From: Podarcis tiliguerta
Taxonomy: Eukaryota
Strand: one strand, 5' to 3'
Assembly (NCBI GenBank): GCA_965153285.1
Contig: OZ229117.1
Length of the DNA stretch: 64,000 nucleotides
Shown: in pieces, positions 9,481 to 23,775 of the stretch
Numbering within the stretch: the stretch's first letter is position 1
Layout of the letters: each line of letters starts with the position of its first letter
Made by a program: the position numbers and the translations under genes
Notes under the pieces: model-generated
Told to the model about the DNA's origin: nothing
Seen by the model: the letters and a program-made list of their open reading frames with translations, nothing else
Databases searched by the model: none

Positions 9481-12400
9481 CAGGAGCAGAGCAAATGCTT
9501 TGCATGCAGAAGGACTTAGGTTCAGTCCCCAGCAGCATCTCCAGGTGTGGCTGGGATAGAGCCCTGCCTGAATCTCTGGAATGTTGCTGCTGGTTGAAGT
9601 TTCCAGAGCCAGAAGGACCAAGGATCTCATTTGTTGTAAGGCAGCCAAGAGGTCCTCCTGGTCCCCTCCCCACACCTCAGTGAAGATATGCTTGCCAGGA
9701 GGGTTGCAGGGTTGTGTGTGTATGTGTGTGTGTGGGGGGGGGACTATGCTCTCAGCTTCATCTCCTTCTCAACCATATGAGGGTGATATTAATCCTGACC
9801 TGCCTTACAGCATCATTGGAAGGGTTACCCAGATAGACATGGAGCATTTTGCATTCTCAAATGTGCTACAGATATTCTCAAGTGTTATTCAGTGTAGAGA
9901 ATACTATTTTTTTTTTTTTTTTGAAAATCTTACAATTAAATCTTAGGCAGGCTTTCCTAGAAGTAGGTTCTATGGAATCCAACAGCTCTCACATTCTAGT
10001 AAGTGTGCTAAGAATTTGAGCCCAGGCTTAAGTGCTATGGTTTTGGGTGGTTGTGTGTGTGTGTTTTGCAGGATGTTTTATGATCATATTGTTACATAAA
10101 TCAATATATGTTTAATGAGAAGCATGCTCCTTGCTGTTCATGGGGCTTGTTCATTAGTAAATGTGTTTTGAATTACAGCCTAAACGTGATTTCTGGATTG
10201 CAGAGAAATCTCTGTGTGTATTATATCAAACGTTTTTTGGCATGGCATGCTACAAGACCTTATGGAGCTGGTTCGTTTACTTGCCTCATCACTGAGATTC
10301 TTAAGCCAGACTTATAAAATAGTCACTCATCTGCAGTGAGTAGGTTTACCTACTTCCCTTTGCTCATTGTTTGATGCTATGGATTTACAGGTGGGAAGGA
10401 TTTTCTTTTTTCCTGCCACATCAGATTAGTTAGTGATTCTGGGGCTGTTCTTTACCTTCTCCAGGATCATGCACCTTGCCTCAGTTTCTTGAACTGCTTT
10501 GAGCTGGGACTCTGCTCCAGAGCTTGTTTGAACTTCAGGGCTGGAGCCTGTCAAATAACCAGAGCATGTGAAGAGTGCCTATGGCCAAGTAACAGCAGCT
10601 AGGCTCCCCAAATTTGGTTTGGGAAGCATGGGTCTCCAGGATGCATCACACATTTTACATGCAAGCTCAAACCCACCCCCATCAGCCTCTCTCTTTCTAG
10701 AAATGAACCGCTGCTGGGATTTCTCTGCTCTGTACAGTTGCCTGCCTTGCTCTCCTTCCTTTAGATGCATTAGAATCTGGATTGTGTCAATCAATCCAGG
10801 AGAGATTAATTGTGTGTGTGTGTGTCCATCTGGGACAGCCTTCCCCAAGCTGGTGCCCTCCAGATGTTTTAGATTGCAGCACCTATCAACCACAGCACAG
10901 CATGACTACTTAGGGCTGGTGAGAGCTGGAGTCCAAAGCATCAGCTTGGGGACAGGCAGAGCTAGGAAATCCTTGCACCCCTCTTGCTGTACAGCTCTGT
11001 GGAGAGCTTTGCAGATTGGAGGTAGTGGGCCTCAAGTTGACCGGATGTGTCCCCCATCCTCCACAGCAAGAAAGCCAGCTTGGAGCGGGCTGATGGGTTT
11101 TATTTAGTCCTGGTCTCAGCTGGCCATGAGATTGGCAGCATCTTCACTCACAGGAAAGGGCCAGTGATGGCAGCCCCCTCCGCTGCTCTAGAAATATGTC
11201 TCTCACTGAGTGACCCCTTTTGCCTTTCTAGTCCACTGCTTAACGCTTTGCTCTCTGCGACACGCTCTTGAGATGGCCCCATTTGGCATCTCAGTCAGGC
11301 ACAAGAAGGCAGAAATTGTGAAGTTGCGGAACGGGCATCTCTAGTGTACAGCTGTGAATGGAACCTCTACCCCCAGATGGCGGTGGAGACAGTGCTGGTT
11401 GGGCCCCAGGCAGATCTGTCATCACAGGGTCTTTCCATCTGTGGGATGGAGCTGCAAGCGAGAAATGGAACCAAGGGTAGTGCATGGAGCAGCTTCTGTG
11501 GCATAGTGGGGGACTGGGGTGCCTGGGAATGTGCGCATGGAATGAAACAAAGCCATCATGCTAAACGTGGAGTGTTTAAGTAAGTGGGCTGTTGCTTCTG
11601 CGTTCCCAGTAAAGTGAGAAGTTCCAGTGGTGGTGGGGTTGTATTTTAAGGAGCTGAATTTGGACATTCAGAGTAAGAATCACCTTCACTGGAATATGCT
11701 AAAAGGTTTGCTGGTGGCCACGAAACCGTTGCCAGTGATTGGCTGAGATGCCGGAGTATCACAGAAGAGCACAAAGCAGGCTGCCATTGGACTGAGCTGC
11801 TCTGATGATGGAGAAGGGGCAGGGCATGCTAGAGTGGAAAAATAGAAAGAAGTCTGCCTAAGAAACTGAGCATTCTAAGAAGGAAGCTTTGAAGACTTAT
11901 CCAGTGGAACAAGGTTCACTCAGCCAGGAGGTGGAGAGGTGAAGATAAAAGGGCCCATTCACATTCAACCAATGGCCAACTCTTTGGCTGCAGGCTTTCA
12001 GCAGAACTCTTAACCTCATATCTGATGAATGTCTGAAGCTGCTTATGCTGCCGTCTATTCTAGCTGGCAGTGGTTTTCCAGGGTCTTAAGGAGAGGGAAG
12101 CCTTTTGTAGTTCTCCACTTCAGACCACATCAGGGATTGAACTCAGAAATATCTGCATGCAGAGCAAGAGATAGACCACTGGAAGGGACCAGGGCTTTAT
12201 TTTGTGAATTCTGAGAACAGGAGATATCTGGACAGGATAAGAAACAGTCTCCAAACTCCTACTGCAGCTGTGCCCAACCTGGTGCCCTCCAGATCAGCTT
12301 CCATCAGCCCCCAGCCAGCATGGCTATTCATCTGTGGCTGCCCCTCCCTTGCAGATCAACTCAGGAAATCCAGTTGTAATTCGGTGAGAGTGCTTAGCTT

Positions 12401-14984
12401 CTGTTTCATCCAGAGTCTGTAATTCCTCCCGATGCGACAGCTGTCACGGCGCAAGGGAGAGCACGAGGAACGTGTCACATTTGATAAGGACACTCTAGCC
12501 AGCTAATTTCTGCCCAGGAGGACAGGGAGAAATTGCTCTGAAATCCAGTGCAATCCTGCAATGCTCTTTTCCATGCATCTCCTCCCAAGTCCCTTTGCCT
12601 GTGTTTTGCATGACAGAATTACATCGCATGGCATAGTTAGAGAAGTTGTGCTTAAAACAGCTCCCTCCTCCCCTCCTGCCCCTTGGAAGACTCCCGTTTT
12701 CTTGCTTCATCAAGGGAGCTGTGCATTTTGAAGCAAACTGACCCAATTTGCAACTCCCAGATAAATACATAGATTAGAACGTACTTATACTTTGGATTTT
12801 GCACTTGTGAATTTTGCAGTGGAGTTCTCTGCTCAAAAAACATGTCACGATTAATAAAAAAAATAGTTTCGAATAAAATACATTTAGAAATGCATTCATT
12901 GAGATAAAATACTTTTAAAAAAATCACAAATTAATGTGAGAGCACAAATTAATGTGCACCTGCAAAATGAACAGAGACCAGAAATAGACTGATCTGTCTG
13001 TTCTTAACCCCTTTTGTAAAAGAAGCCCCTTGTGCAGAGATGTTTGTAAGGCTGTGGTTGGATATACACTTGGGGAACCTTTTTCAGACAGGGGGTCACA
13101 TGCCAGGGTAGGCAGGGCCAGAGGAAGTGGTGGGTGGGGCAATGGGTAGGCAGCTCCCACTTTTGTAGTTAGCTGCATTCCAGTCACACACAAAAAGTCA
13201 GAGGCTTCCACCCCAAGCCATCTTTTCATCTTTCCAGTTTCCAAGCAAGCAAAGAGATTTTTCAGCTGCAGAACTGCACTTGCAGGGGTAGGCCTGGGGA
13301 GCGATATAGCCTCAGAAGGGGAACCATGGCTTGGGAAGAGTCCTGTTGGCCAAATAGAGAGACCTGGAGGACCTATGGGTCACTTCCACCTGGGCTGGGA
13401 AACCTCAGGCTGGTTCCCCAACCAGGGTGGGAGTGGCCCATAGGTCTCTTGGGGGGGGGGTTGGAGTCTTAGAGGGTTGGAGTCTTAGAGGGACTATTAG
13501 AGGGTTGAGTGACATAAGACTGCTGTGCAGGAACCTGTCATTTTCTTAATTTTGGTTGTCAACAGAGATAGAAGCCATGTTAAGTTAGAGTAGGTCCATT
13601 GAAATTAGTGAATGCTAATTTCATGCTATGTGTTCATAGAATCATAGAGTTGTAAGGGACCCCAAGGGTCATGTAGTCCAACCCCATTCACTGCAGGAAT
13701 CACAGCTAAAGAAACCCTGACAGATGGCCATTCAACCTCCGTTTACAAACCACCTTCTGAGTTAGGTCCATTGATTTCAATAGATCTGCCCTGAGTAAAA
13801 CTTAGTTGAGTATTATCCAATGTTGGGGTAAGCCTGTTTATCATAGTGAAGGACAATGAGCCAATGCTGCAACTAGGGCAGGTATCCGGCTTTCTCATAG
13901 ACCTCTGTGGTCCCTTTTCACTTTCAGGGAGATTGTGAGAGAGTCCTGCTAGGAACATGGGGAGCTGCCTTACACTAATTTGGGCTGTCGGACGATCTAG
14001 ATTCTAGCTCATGTTCAAGCAAGCCACAGTTTGCCTAGACAAACTCTGTCTTTGTGTTATGTGCTAACCAGGTCATTTTGTGATTTAAGACGGTTTAATA
14101 CCTGCCAATATATTACATGCAGAGCCTACTGCAAAGAATGTTATAGGTTTAACTCTTTTTTACCCCGAAATGGAAACACAGCTTTGGCATGGTTTTCCAG
14201 TGTGGTTGCCTGGAGACCAATCTTTTTCATCCACAGGGGACTTGGTTCCTTTTCTGGAGGTTTGCATTATGCTCATCACACCATCCAATTAAGCTGCACC
14301 CCATGAGGCATCAGGGATCTGAAGCAGCCGGAAAGACTGGGTTTGAGGGCTATTGCCAATGTGGGTCAGCATTGCTGGATGAGACCAGCAGGCCATTGGT
14401 CTGGCTTGGCAGGATGCAGCTCCTTCTATCATTAGAGAAGCCTTTCTTGGAAGTGCTGTCCACTGCCCAGGAGAGTCAGCATCTCTTGATTGTAGCAAGT
14501 ATCTGGGTCTCCTGTCAGCTCCTGTCTCAGAAGCAGATCTTGCAGAGCAAAGCAGTCTGTTCTCTTGAGGTTTGCAGGATTTGACTAATAAAAGTCAAGA
14601 TTGAGAAGATAAGAAAAGGAGAGGCAAGGAGAGATTAGTGATTAGACAAGGAGCAGAGAGAGAGACATAAAAATACTCATTGTCTTAAGAGCCCAAGGAC
14701 TGCCTTAGTAGATCAGACCAATGGTCCAGTTTAGGCTGGGGACATTCCAGCTGTGGCCCACAAGAAGAGTGTGAGGGCAAAAGTCATCAGGCTTCAAGGA
14801 TTGGTATTTGCTCTTGTTGCTTTCAGTCTGCACATGTTATATAATTGATTATGTCCTCCCCCCATCCCAATTTGCAGAGTGATTCCTTTGCATTGAAATG
14901 AATGGGGTGTAATGATATAATGGCAATGTAATTTACTTTAAGTGATGTGATGAATTACATAATTTTGCTACAGTGGACAATAAC

Positions 14985-15250
14985 AGCATGAGAAGAGCCT
15001 GTTGGATTAGGCCAATGGCCTCTCTAGTCCACCCTCCTATTCTCATGTGGAAGGCCTGCAAGCAAGACCTGAGCACATAAGCACTTTCCTCTCCTGTGGA
15101 TCCCAGCAACTGAGATTCAGAAGCATTTCTGCATCCAGCTGTAGACACAGAGTGTAGCCATTGTGGCTAGCAGGCACTGATAGCCTTCTTCAACTTGAAT
15201 CTGCCCAGTCTTCTTTTAAAGCCACCCGAGTTGGTAGCCATCACTGCCAT
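14985..15250 (-). mobile_element. CR1-type 3' end
   Basis: Motif agaagagcctgttggattaggccaatggcc...tagtcca, shared with 44250, 16620 and 47690. Confidence 0.6.
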
Positions 15251-15644
15251 CATAATGAAACAAACAATGTCATTTTTGGCAGAAGATGAAGTGCAGCAGA
15301 AAGGACACAGTGCTTTGTGTGATGAATGCAGAACGAAACAGAGAACAAGGTTTCCTTACATCCCTAGAGGCAAGGTGGGGGTTGACTTCCAAGGAGAAAT
15401 AGATGGTTGGAGGGGCAGAAGTTGAAAGGCAGGCAGGGAGGGCTCACAATTAAATGCAACAGTCAGGAAACAGCAGCTGCTGCTGAGTGGGTAACAGGAT
15501 GCTTAAGAGGGATGAGCTGGGTTGGTTGCAAGGGTCTGGTGCTTCCTGATTGGCTTGCAGAGTCAGCTGAATATATTCAAGCAGGATGTCAGTTGACTTT
15601 CTTCAGGATGGAAGTGCAGTCTAGGGGGCTCCCTTCCCACCTAA

Positions 15645-15962
15645 GACCTGGCCACATCCACACCTCACATTTAAAACCCTATGATACCACATTAAACCAT
15701 CATGGCTCCCCACAGGGAGTTTGTTAAGGGTGCTGAGAGCTGTCAGTAGATCCCCTCTATTTCCCCTCAAAGAGCTACAACCCCCAAAGTTCCTTGTGCA
15801 AAGGGATTTATTACTAAACCACTCTGAGAACTGTAGCTCTGAGAGGGGAGCGGGAGTCTCCTAATACAGTAACTCTCAGCATCTGGAACAAACTACAGAT
15901 CCCAGGATTCTTTGAGGGAAGCCATCCCTGTTCACAGTGGCATCATGGTGATACTGCAGCCC
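15645..15962. mobile_element. Palindromic non-autonomous DNA transposon
   Basis: Imperfect inverted symmetry (gtttgttaagggtgctgagag / ctctcagcatctggaacaaac; agagctacaa / tgtagctct). Confidence 0.55.
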
Positions 15963-16619
15963 CAAGGAACACAGGAAGCTGCCTTATACTGAATCAGGCC
16001 ACTGGCCCATCTAACTCCATATTTGTCCAATCCTATTTTAACACTATTGAAATACAACTCCCCTCAGCCCCAGCCAGAAGAATGCACCTGGAGAGCACCA
16101 GGGCAGTGAAGGCCCTTCTACACCCCCTCCGCATAGCAAAACGGGGGCCCATCTGTGAAAATAGCACAGCAGCAAGCTTAAAAAAAAAAATGAAGAGAAG
16201 GAACTCCATATAAATAGCCAGTGAAATTAATTGCTATGGGATGCTGGGAGTGGCCATTGCCTCAACTGCCTTTAAAAACAAATTAGAGAAATGCGCTCGG
16301 ATTGGGCCTCTTCATGACTGCCAGACGTGACAGCTAGTGGAGCGGTACTCCCCCCACCCACCCCAGTCTGGAGACAGACTGCAGCAACTGCGGATCACAT
16401 GGGACTCCCCCTGCCACCACCGCCCCTCACACAAAATACAGCAGATAAGAAACATATGAAGAGGGGATCTGTGGCAGAGAGAAAGGAAGAGAACAGGAAA
16501 CGCAATCCTAACAGGGCATGGATTTTGCCATTGTATGTAGTCATTGATTTACAGTGGCTTTCACCAAGCTGCTGCTCTCCAGATAAACATCTGGAGGGCA
16601 CCAGGTTGGTGAAGGCTGT

Positions 16620-16860
16620 TCGTGGAGGAAAAGGCTACCAATGGCTACTAGCCATGATAGCTCTGCTCTGCTTCCATGGTTGGAGGCAGTAATGCTTCTG
16701 AATACCAGTTGCTGGAAGCCACAGGAGGGCAGAGGGCTCTTGTGCGTGGGTCTTGCCTTTGGGTTTCCCACAGGCGTCTGGTTGGCCACTGGGAGCCCAG
16801 CTTAGTGGCCTAGGTGTGTCATTGGCCTGATTCAACAGCAGGGCTCCTCTTACATTCTTA
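16620..16860 (+). mobile_element. CR1-type 3' end
   Basis: ggaggaaaaggctaccaatggctactagcc...cagggctcctcttacattctta. Confidence 0.6.
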
Positions 16861-17564
16861 ACCAAGTTCTGCTTTTTGTTTTTCCCTGCTTTACAATGCC
16901 AGCTCCCAGACTAAGCTAAGGAGAGTATGCTACGTTAACATTTCTCAAACTTCCAGTCACTGGGGTACACACTTCTTTGTTCTGTGCTGAAATCGGGGTT
17001 GTGCTTTGCTTCTCAAAGTTACAAAGCCAGAGTTGCCTGTGATTGTCACAGGTGCAAAACTGGTCATGTGGCAAGGAGAGGAGGAAGGAAGGTCGACGCA
17101 GTGTAAGTGGATCCTAAAAACCTCTTGGCATGGTTCTACTGCTAATGTCCACTCCTCCATTGGGTATCCCAGGGCCATTTGCCTCCTGCTGCAGCCTCGA
17201 TCCAGGTCAGCCCTTCTGCATCTCCAAATAAGGCTCCCACTGATGTGCTGGGAGGTGTGCTGGGAGGTTTCTTTCCAGTGCAAATAGCAATTCTGTGTTT
17301 GTCTCTGCTCCAGATCAGGGCAACAGCAGGGAACAGAAAATGTTTAACCCCCTTCTACTACTCCTAAGAACAGAGCCTGCTGGATCAGTCCAGTGGTCCT
17401 TCTTGTCCACCCTCCTGTTCTCATAGTGGTCAACCAAATGCCCCAATCGGAAGCCCCAAAATAGGACCTGATCACCTGCTCCCCACATTTTGTACTCTAC
17501 TCTGCCAGGTAGCTGATCTGGATCCAGCTCATGTACCTGTGTGTTGTTAAACCATTCTTGCAAT

Positions 17565-17775
17565 TGTTCGTGTGGTATAGAAGTTAGAGTGTCAGACCTG
17601 GGAGACCAGGGTTCAAATCTTCACTCAGACAGGGAGCTCCCAGGGTGACCACAGGCCAGTCACTGTCTCTCAGCCTAAACATACCTCACAGGACTGTTAT
17701 GAAGATAAAATGGGGGTGGCAGGGAGAAGAGTCTACATCTACCTGAGTTCATAGCAGGAAAGGTGAGGTGTAAAC
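17565..17775 (+). mobile_element. tRNA-derived SINE (MIR/Squam-like)
   Basis: gtgtggtatagaagttagagtgtcaga...gggttcaaatc...ctcagcctaaacatacctcacagg. Confidence 0.65.
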
Positions 17776-18154
17776 TAATTGCAAATTGGGGTCACAGGGA
17801 AAAGGGGGCCCTAAATCCAGGTGTTCCCTTATTAGGATGGCTGCATGTGAATTAGTAGTTATGAAGGTTCAATGTTGAGCTAGATGTGCCTTGGGGCAAA
17901 GCAAGTCACAGCAGCTCTTATACTGGTGCAAAGCAAAGGATGTTACAGTATTCCATTGGATTAGCTTAGTGGTGGAAAGACTGATGCATGAATTGGGAGG
18001 TCCATTCCATGTTCAGATTTTTGCCTCTTCCAGGAACTCTCTGGGGTGTCTTAGAATGGTCAGCCCCATATCTGTCTGCACTGTGAGACTAACAGTGCCC
18101 GCCTACCTTGCAGGGTGGTTGTAAGGGTAGTAGCATAGTAATGTGAAACACTTT

Positions 18155-18156
<2 letters not shown>

Positions 18157-18207
<51 letters not shown>

Positions 18208-18409
18208 TTATTTATACCCCGCCCATCTGGCTGGGCTTTCCCAGCCACTCTGGGCGGCTTCCAAAAAAATATTAAAATACTGTAATACATCAAACATTAA
18301 AAGCTTCCCTAAACAGGGCTGCCTTCAGATGTCTTCTAAAAGTCTGGTAGTTGTTGTTCTCTTTGACATCTGGTGGGAGGGCGTTCCACAGGGAGGGCGC
18401 CACTACCGA
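18157..18409 (-). mobile_element. L2 LINE 3' end with expanded (AAT)n tail, young
   Basis: About 16 AAT units followed by ttatttataccccgcccatctggctggg...cagccactctgggcggcttcc; the same terminus appears on + at 240-310, 40215-40300 and 55700-55815. Confidence 0.8.
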
Positions 18410-19778
18410 TGTTCAATGTTTCTGTTGCTGCTGTTGCCCCCAACTCTAGTCCCAGTGCTCTCCCTGATCTCACCACTCTCTCTCTCTCTCTCTCTCCCTC
18501 TCTCTCTCCCCCTCTCCCCCCTCCCCCCCCACCAGGCATGGGCAGTCCTGTAAATCACTCAAGGCTATAAGGCAGGCACAGAGTGTTCTCTGGCAGAGAA
18601 TAATCCTTAATCTTGGAGCAGCTTTTAAACTCAAACTCGCATTTGGAAGACCTTTGAAAAAAAATTTTTTAATGACAGTTAAGGTAAAATAAATTCCCCA
18701 AAAGGGCCGCCTGGCTGCCAGTGATAGCGACTCTGATCCAGCGATTGGCAAAAAGCATCGCTGTTAACGACATCAGCTTGGTGAATTGTGCCAAAGATGC
18801 ATTCAGGCTCCTTGGAATGGAGAGTGGCAGCGGGCCAGGAAGGGAGAAAAGGAGCCTTCCCCTGGCTCCCGGCCCAGTGGGATGTTCTGTAGGCACTTCT
18901 GGGCAAACCCCTCTCCTTCCCCCACCAACCTCCCTCAACAGTGGGCTGTACTCTGGACAGCTTTCATTGCATGCCACACGAATGCCAGTTTGCTGGGATT
19001 GTCTCCCTTGTGCAGCCTCCTGTGAAACCATTCTTCAGTCTGGGGCCTGCCATTTACCAGGCAAGCACTGGGGCTCTCAAAGAGGAGATCCCAGCCACTT
19101 TGCTCCTCCCCAGACCTCCTTGGCTTGGTTAAGAAGGGAAGAGCTCAGCCCTAAGCCTGGATTCAGATGACCTGCTAAGCCAAAGTGTGGCTTAGCTCAG
19201 TGTGGCCAGGGAGCAGAAGGGACCAGAGAGGAGCACAGCAGCTGCAGCTCCTCTCTGAAGGCACGACCTGTTTCAGTGAGCATAGTTTGGCTTACAGTGT
19301 CATGAGAATCCATATTTTTTCTTTGAAATTGGGTGCAAGTGTCAAGCTGATGTCTGAATGCAAAACAGGATTATGAGTTCCAAATTTCATTGTGATGTCT
19401 CATTGCTTGAGGGAGGTATTAGTGTGCTCTACAACTTTCTTGGCTCCTTTCTTGGGGCTTGAGCTGGCTTCCAAACTTCAAATGGAGAATTTTGCCCAGA
19501 ATTTGCAATTCTCATACCTCTTTGTTTGAGGCAGATGCTAAGGTTCAAGTTTTGCAAGCAAACAGGGGGCTGGCATACTGCCAAATTAGACCAAAATCTC
19601 GCTGTCCTCATGCCTCCCCTGCCTCCAATAGCTCTTGCATACTTTGGCTAGAAATGGTCCCAGAGGTCTAGTAAAACCCCAAAGGAGGATCATTTGCTAA
19701 CAACAATTAGCCCCAGTGAGAGCAGACAGAGGTTGGCCAAGGGCCCCTTCTAACTGTCGGTTAGGCTGCTTTGGCATC

Positions 19779-19782
<4 letters not shown>

Positions 19783-19810
<28 letters not shown>
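19783..19810. repeat. (GA)n microsatellite
   Basis: Direct reading. Confidence 0.95.
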
Positions 19811-19812
<2 letters not shown>

Positions 19813-20329
19813 TGAAGGGTGAAAAGCAAAAATGGAGATTTCCCAAACACAAGGAATGAATGTGGTGGTGAGGACATCTCTTCTTCGCATCTGTGGGAAG
19901 AAGAGAGGCAAAACTATTAAGGATGGCCTGAAAAATGAGTCCAAAGCCTGAAAATGAAAGAACATGTAAGGCCACATCACCTTAAAAAAGGAAACACATC
20001 CTGCTTCTAGTCTGCTAACCACCAGGGCATACAGGTGTCTTCCAAATACTCTTTAAGTTGTGCAGGTTCCCTTGGTGGGAAGACCCACTTCAGAATCTAG
20101 AGCAGTTGCACTTTGATAGCAACAGCCCCAAAGGGACATCCAAAGATGTTAGGAAGAAGTGCAGATCAACTGAGGAGGAGGAGGAGGAGTTATTGTCCCT
20201 TCTCTTTTCATCAAACAGTCAGTCTGATGACCAGGGAGAGAGTGGATGGCAGGTCCATCAATTAGTGCACTGCACTCTTCCCAATTCTTCATTCCCCCCT
20301 ATGGTCACTGAAATTGGTGGGGTCACGGT

Positions 20330-20720
20330 GGAGCCACCAAGCTCAAGGTTTAGTGTCCTTGCCTTAAGGTATACTACATCTAAGCCATGTACAGCTTTAA
20401 AGGTACTCAACAACACTTTGAACTGTGCACTGAAACAGATGGATAACCACCAAGGCAGCTGTTGCAGAATTAGTGCAACACGTGTGCGATCACCAACATC
20501 CTTGCATCTGCATACTGAAACAGCTGATGCTTTTTGAGGGTTTTCCATGGAGAATGTGTTTCAGTCATCCACCCTGGATGTAACTGTGGAGGCTTGTGTT
20601 CCTATGGTCAAGATGGATGAGTGCAGCTAGCTCAACAGCTTCAGCTGGCCAAAAAGCACTCCTGGATGGAGTTGCCAGCTGGCCATCCAGGTATAATGCC
20701 TCCTCCAGTGTGATCCAGCG
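20330..20720 (-). mobile_element. Old L2 LINE ORF2 fragment
   Basis: Translations LQQLPWWLSICFSAQFKVLLSTFKAVHGL and LDGQLATPSRSAF resemble the L2 C-terminal motif (LHWLPICFRAQFKVLVLTYKALHGL). Confidence 0.7.
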
Positions 20721-23239
20721 TGTCTTGTAAATTGAGTGCATCTTCACAGGGAATGAAAGGAGGATTTTGAGTCTTTTGCTATGCACTTTTGACTGCAGCC
20801 GTAGTCAAGAGGTCCAGGGGTCTTAAAAACTTCCTGGTGAACATTGTAGACCATGGTTTGGATCCAGCTGAATTTGACAGCAGTGACCAGGCTTAGTGGC
20901 TGATGGGTCTTGTTGCTGCTCAGGAGGTACGACAATTCCTTGCTGATCCCACAGAAGTCAGGAGTGTAGCTTTCTCATGCCTGATATAGACAGACCAGGC
21001 TTCTAGATAGCTCCTTGCTTGGTCTCCCATGATAAATACATTTTGTCTCCCAGGTGACCAGGAATCAAAAGCTTTGTGAACTCGCTGGCCACAAATGACC
21101 GAACTTGGGTCTGTGTGGCCCTATGGATTACTCAAAATGGTGACAGGCTGGTCTTTACCATGGCCATTCTTAGAAGATGGCACAGAACTGTAATTCATGT
21201 GGGTCTTGCATTTTACCCCGCAATGTGTGTGGGTGAGATTGACGTAGCACTGCAGAATCTCTGCCTGCCTCTCTTGTCCTCTGCCTTCCAAGCTGATGCT
21301 GCTCCTTCCTTTCTTCTGTGAGACACCCTCACAGAAGTCATTCAGTCACTTCTAGCTTTGGGGAACGAGAAGCTTTGTCTGGCTTTTCTTTTCTCTTTTC
21401 TTTCTTTTCTGCCCTTAATTGAAATTCTGTGAAGTCTCTCTGAATTATAATCAGGTCTTTGAGGAATTGCCCTATCTTCCTGTTGCTACTATGATGTTAT
21501 CAGGAAAACATCTATACCCTTTTGAAGAAATCTGTCTTCTGATGGAAGAGCAGAGGAGGAGCCGTTCTCCGGCATTACGGAGCTTAAATTCTGCTTTCAA
21601 GGTAAAAATTGTGGGGATGCCCCTTTCCACAAAGCCAAAACTTGGGACTCTCCTTTTTTTCTCTGCAAAACATACAGTCCTTTCCTGAAAACATCACCCA
21701 CAGAGGGGTATCCAGCAACGGCAGTTGTGTTGTGGCCCCAGACCAGGACTCCATGAAGCCAGAGTCCTCTGGCAGCTGCAACTCCAGGGAGAAGCTGGAT
21801 CTACTTCTTGGTCCATCCTGTGCAGGTCTGTGGGCACATGAGCCTCACCTGAGAAGGCATCTCTGCTGCTAAATGCCAACGTCTGGTCCACAGAGAAGGC
21901 CCCAAGGAGAGAGCCCCACATGTGAAAAACACATTGCCCTGAAGGAGGCAACAGCAGCACAGCAGGTTGAAGAACCCAGCTAAGCCCTAAAGCAGCCTTC
22001 ACCAACCTGATGCCTTCCAAATTTTTTGGACAACAACTCCCATCATCCCCAGCCAATACAGAACTTGCCGGATGGCTGATCCATCCCAATTCAACAGCTT
22101 CAAAAATACCTTAAAAACATCAATAACTGGATAATGCCAAACATGCTTTCTAGTGCTGGTCAGCAAGAGTCCCTTGGAAACTCACAAAGAGGTGGTGGCT
22201 ACCCCACCATTTATTCCCAGCATCTAATCATTTTGTAGTCTGCCTCCCTAAGCGGAGGCTCAGTTCAGCTGCTATGGTTAAAAGCCTTTGACTTGACCCA
22301 TCTTTCATTAATTCCTCCAAGCCTTCTTTTTAAAAGCTGCATCTCTTAACATTACTGTATTATTTTTGATCCTCCTCCTCCTCCTCCTCCAAGGAACTCA
22401 TAGCAGAAAACACGGTCCCCTCCTACCATTTTTATCACCACAATTGCCTTTTGAGGTGGGTTAGATTGACAGAGGGTGACTGGCCCAGGCTTGCCTAATG
22501 AATTTTATAGCTGTATGGAGAACTGAGCTGTGCTTTCCTGATCTGAGTCCAATACTCTTAAGAGGTTGATCTCCCATCAGCCTCAGCCAGCCTGGCCAAT
22601 GATCATGGATGGTGGGAGGTAGAATCCAGCTCGATTTCCAGAGCAGCAGGTTCCTTTCCTCTGTTTCGGGCCACTACACCATGCTATTCCCCATTGCCAA
22701 CCTGGTGCTGTCAAGCCAGCACAGCCCACAACTGGAGGGCACCAGGATGCCATCACCTAATCTAAGTTAACATTTTATTGAACAACATGTCTTTTGGCAC
22801 AATGAAAAATGTCTGGTTGGTGGGATAGCCCCGCCAATAGCTCTTTCCTGGAGGCTGTGCAGAGGAATCCTGGGTTCCACCACCCAGCTGGGGAGGCATC
22901 TGCAGCTTGGCTTTGGGATTATGAGATGAGGAAGGTGGATTGCAGTGGGCCAGCTTTTCTGCAGCAGAGCGCTCCCTTATTCTCACACCCCCCCTTGCCG
23001 GCTGCTGCTGAGTGAGATAATGAACATTCTAAACAAAGGCTAATTGTCTTATAACTGCGCCGGCCTCTCTTGGCTGCAGAAAAAGACCTCACAGGCTCCC
23101 CTCTGCCTGGTAAATGACTGGATTGGGGCTGCGGAAAAGGCAGCGAGGGGCATCACTGTCTCCCGGTGCTCAGTTCTCCTGCTGCTTGTGATGCAACTGT
23201 CTGGTGCTACTAGGGAGGGAGGAAGAGTTTTGTCGGCTT

Positions 23240-23476
23240 GTACCTCAAGTTACAGACGCTTCAGGTTACAGATGCTTCAGGTTACAGACTCTGCTGACCC
23301 AGAAATAGTACCTCGGGTGAAGAACTTTGCTTCAGGATGAGAACAGAAATCGTGCTCTGGCGGTGCGGCGGCAGTGGGAGGCCCCATTAGCTAAAGTGGT
23401 GCTTCAGGTTAAGAACAGTTTCAGGTTAAGAACGGACCTCCAGAACAAATTAAGTTTTTAACCCAAGGTACCACTG
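23240..23476. mobile_element. Tc1/mariner (pogo/Tigger-like) MITE, left TIR truncated
   Basis: Reverse-orientation copy of 26800-27025; ends aacccaaggtaccactg|TA. Confidence 0.85.
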
Positions 23477-23600
23477 TATTTTAGAGCAGAGAGAGGGGGA
23501 ACTAGCAGCCCCATCCCAAATGGTGTTGGGCTTCAGCTCCCATCATCCCTAACCATTATTGGCCGTGTTGACTGGGGCTCATGGGAATTGGAGTTCCAAG

Positions 23601-23775
23601 AGGAAGGGTCGTAGCTCAGTGGTAGAGCAACTGCCTTGCATGCAGAAGGAGGCATCTCTAGGTAGACCTGTTAAAGATTTCTCCCTGAAACCCTGGAGAA
23701 CTGCTGTTAGTCTGTGTAGACAATACTGAGCTGGATGGACCAATGGTCTGATTCATCACAAAGCAGCTCCCTAAC
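23601..23775 (+). mobile_element. tRNA-derived squamate SINE
   Basis: ggaagggtcgtagctcagtggtagagca...gacaatactgagctggatggaccaatggtctga. Confidence 0.75.

Noticed and set aside
13457-13505. Short tandem duplications (also 12925-12956 and 48751-48779)
   Set aside because: Ordinary 14-16 bp slippage duplications with no array structure.
18060-18553. ORFs with poly-Ile/poly-Leu resembling signal or TM segments
   Set aside because: Translations of the (AAT)n tail of an L2 element and a CT microsatellite.
23601-23660. tRNA-like sequences (also at about 590-655, 9290, 31050-31124 and 47010-47073)
   Set aside because: Degenerate SINE heads fused to SINE bodies, with no intact cloverleaf.
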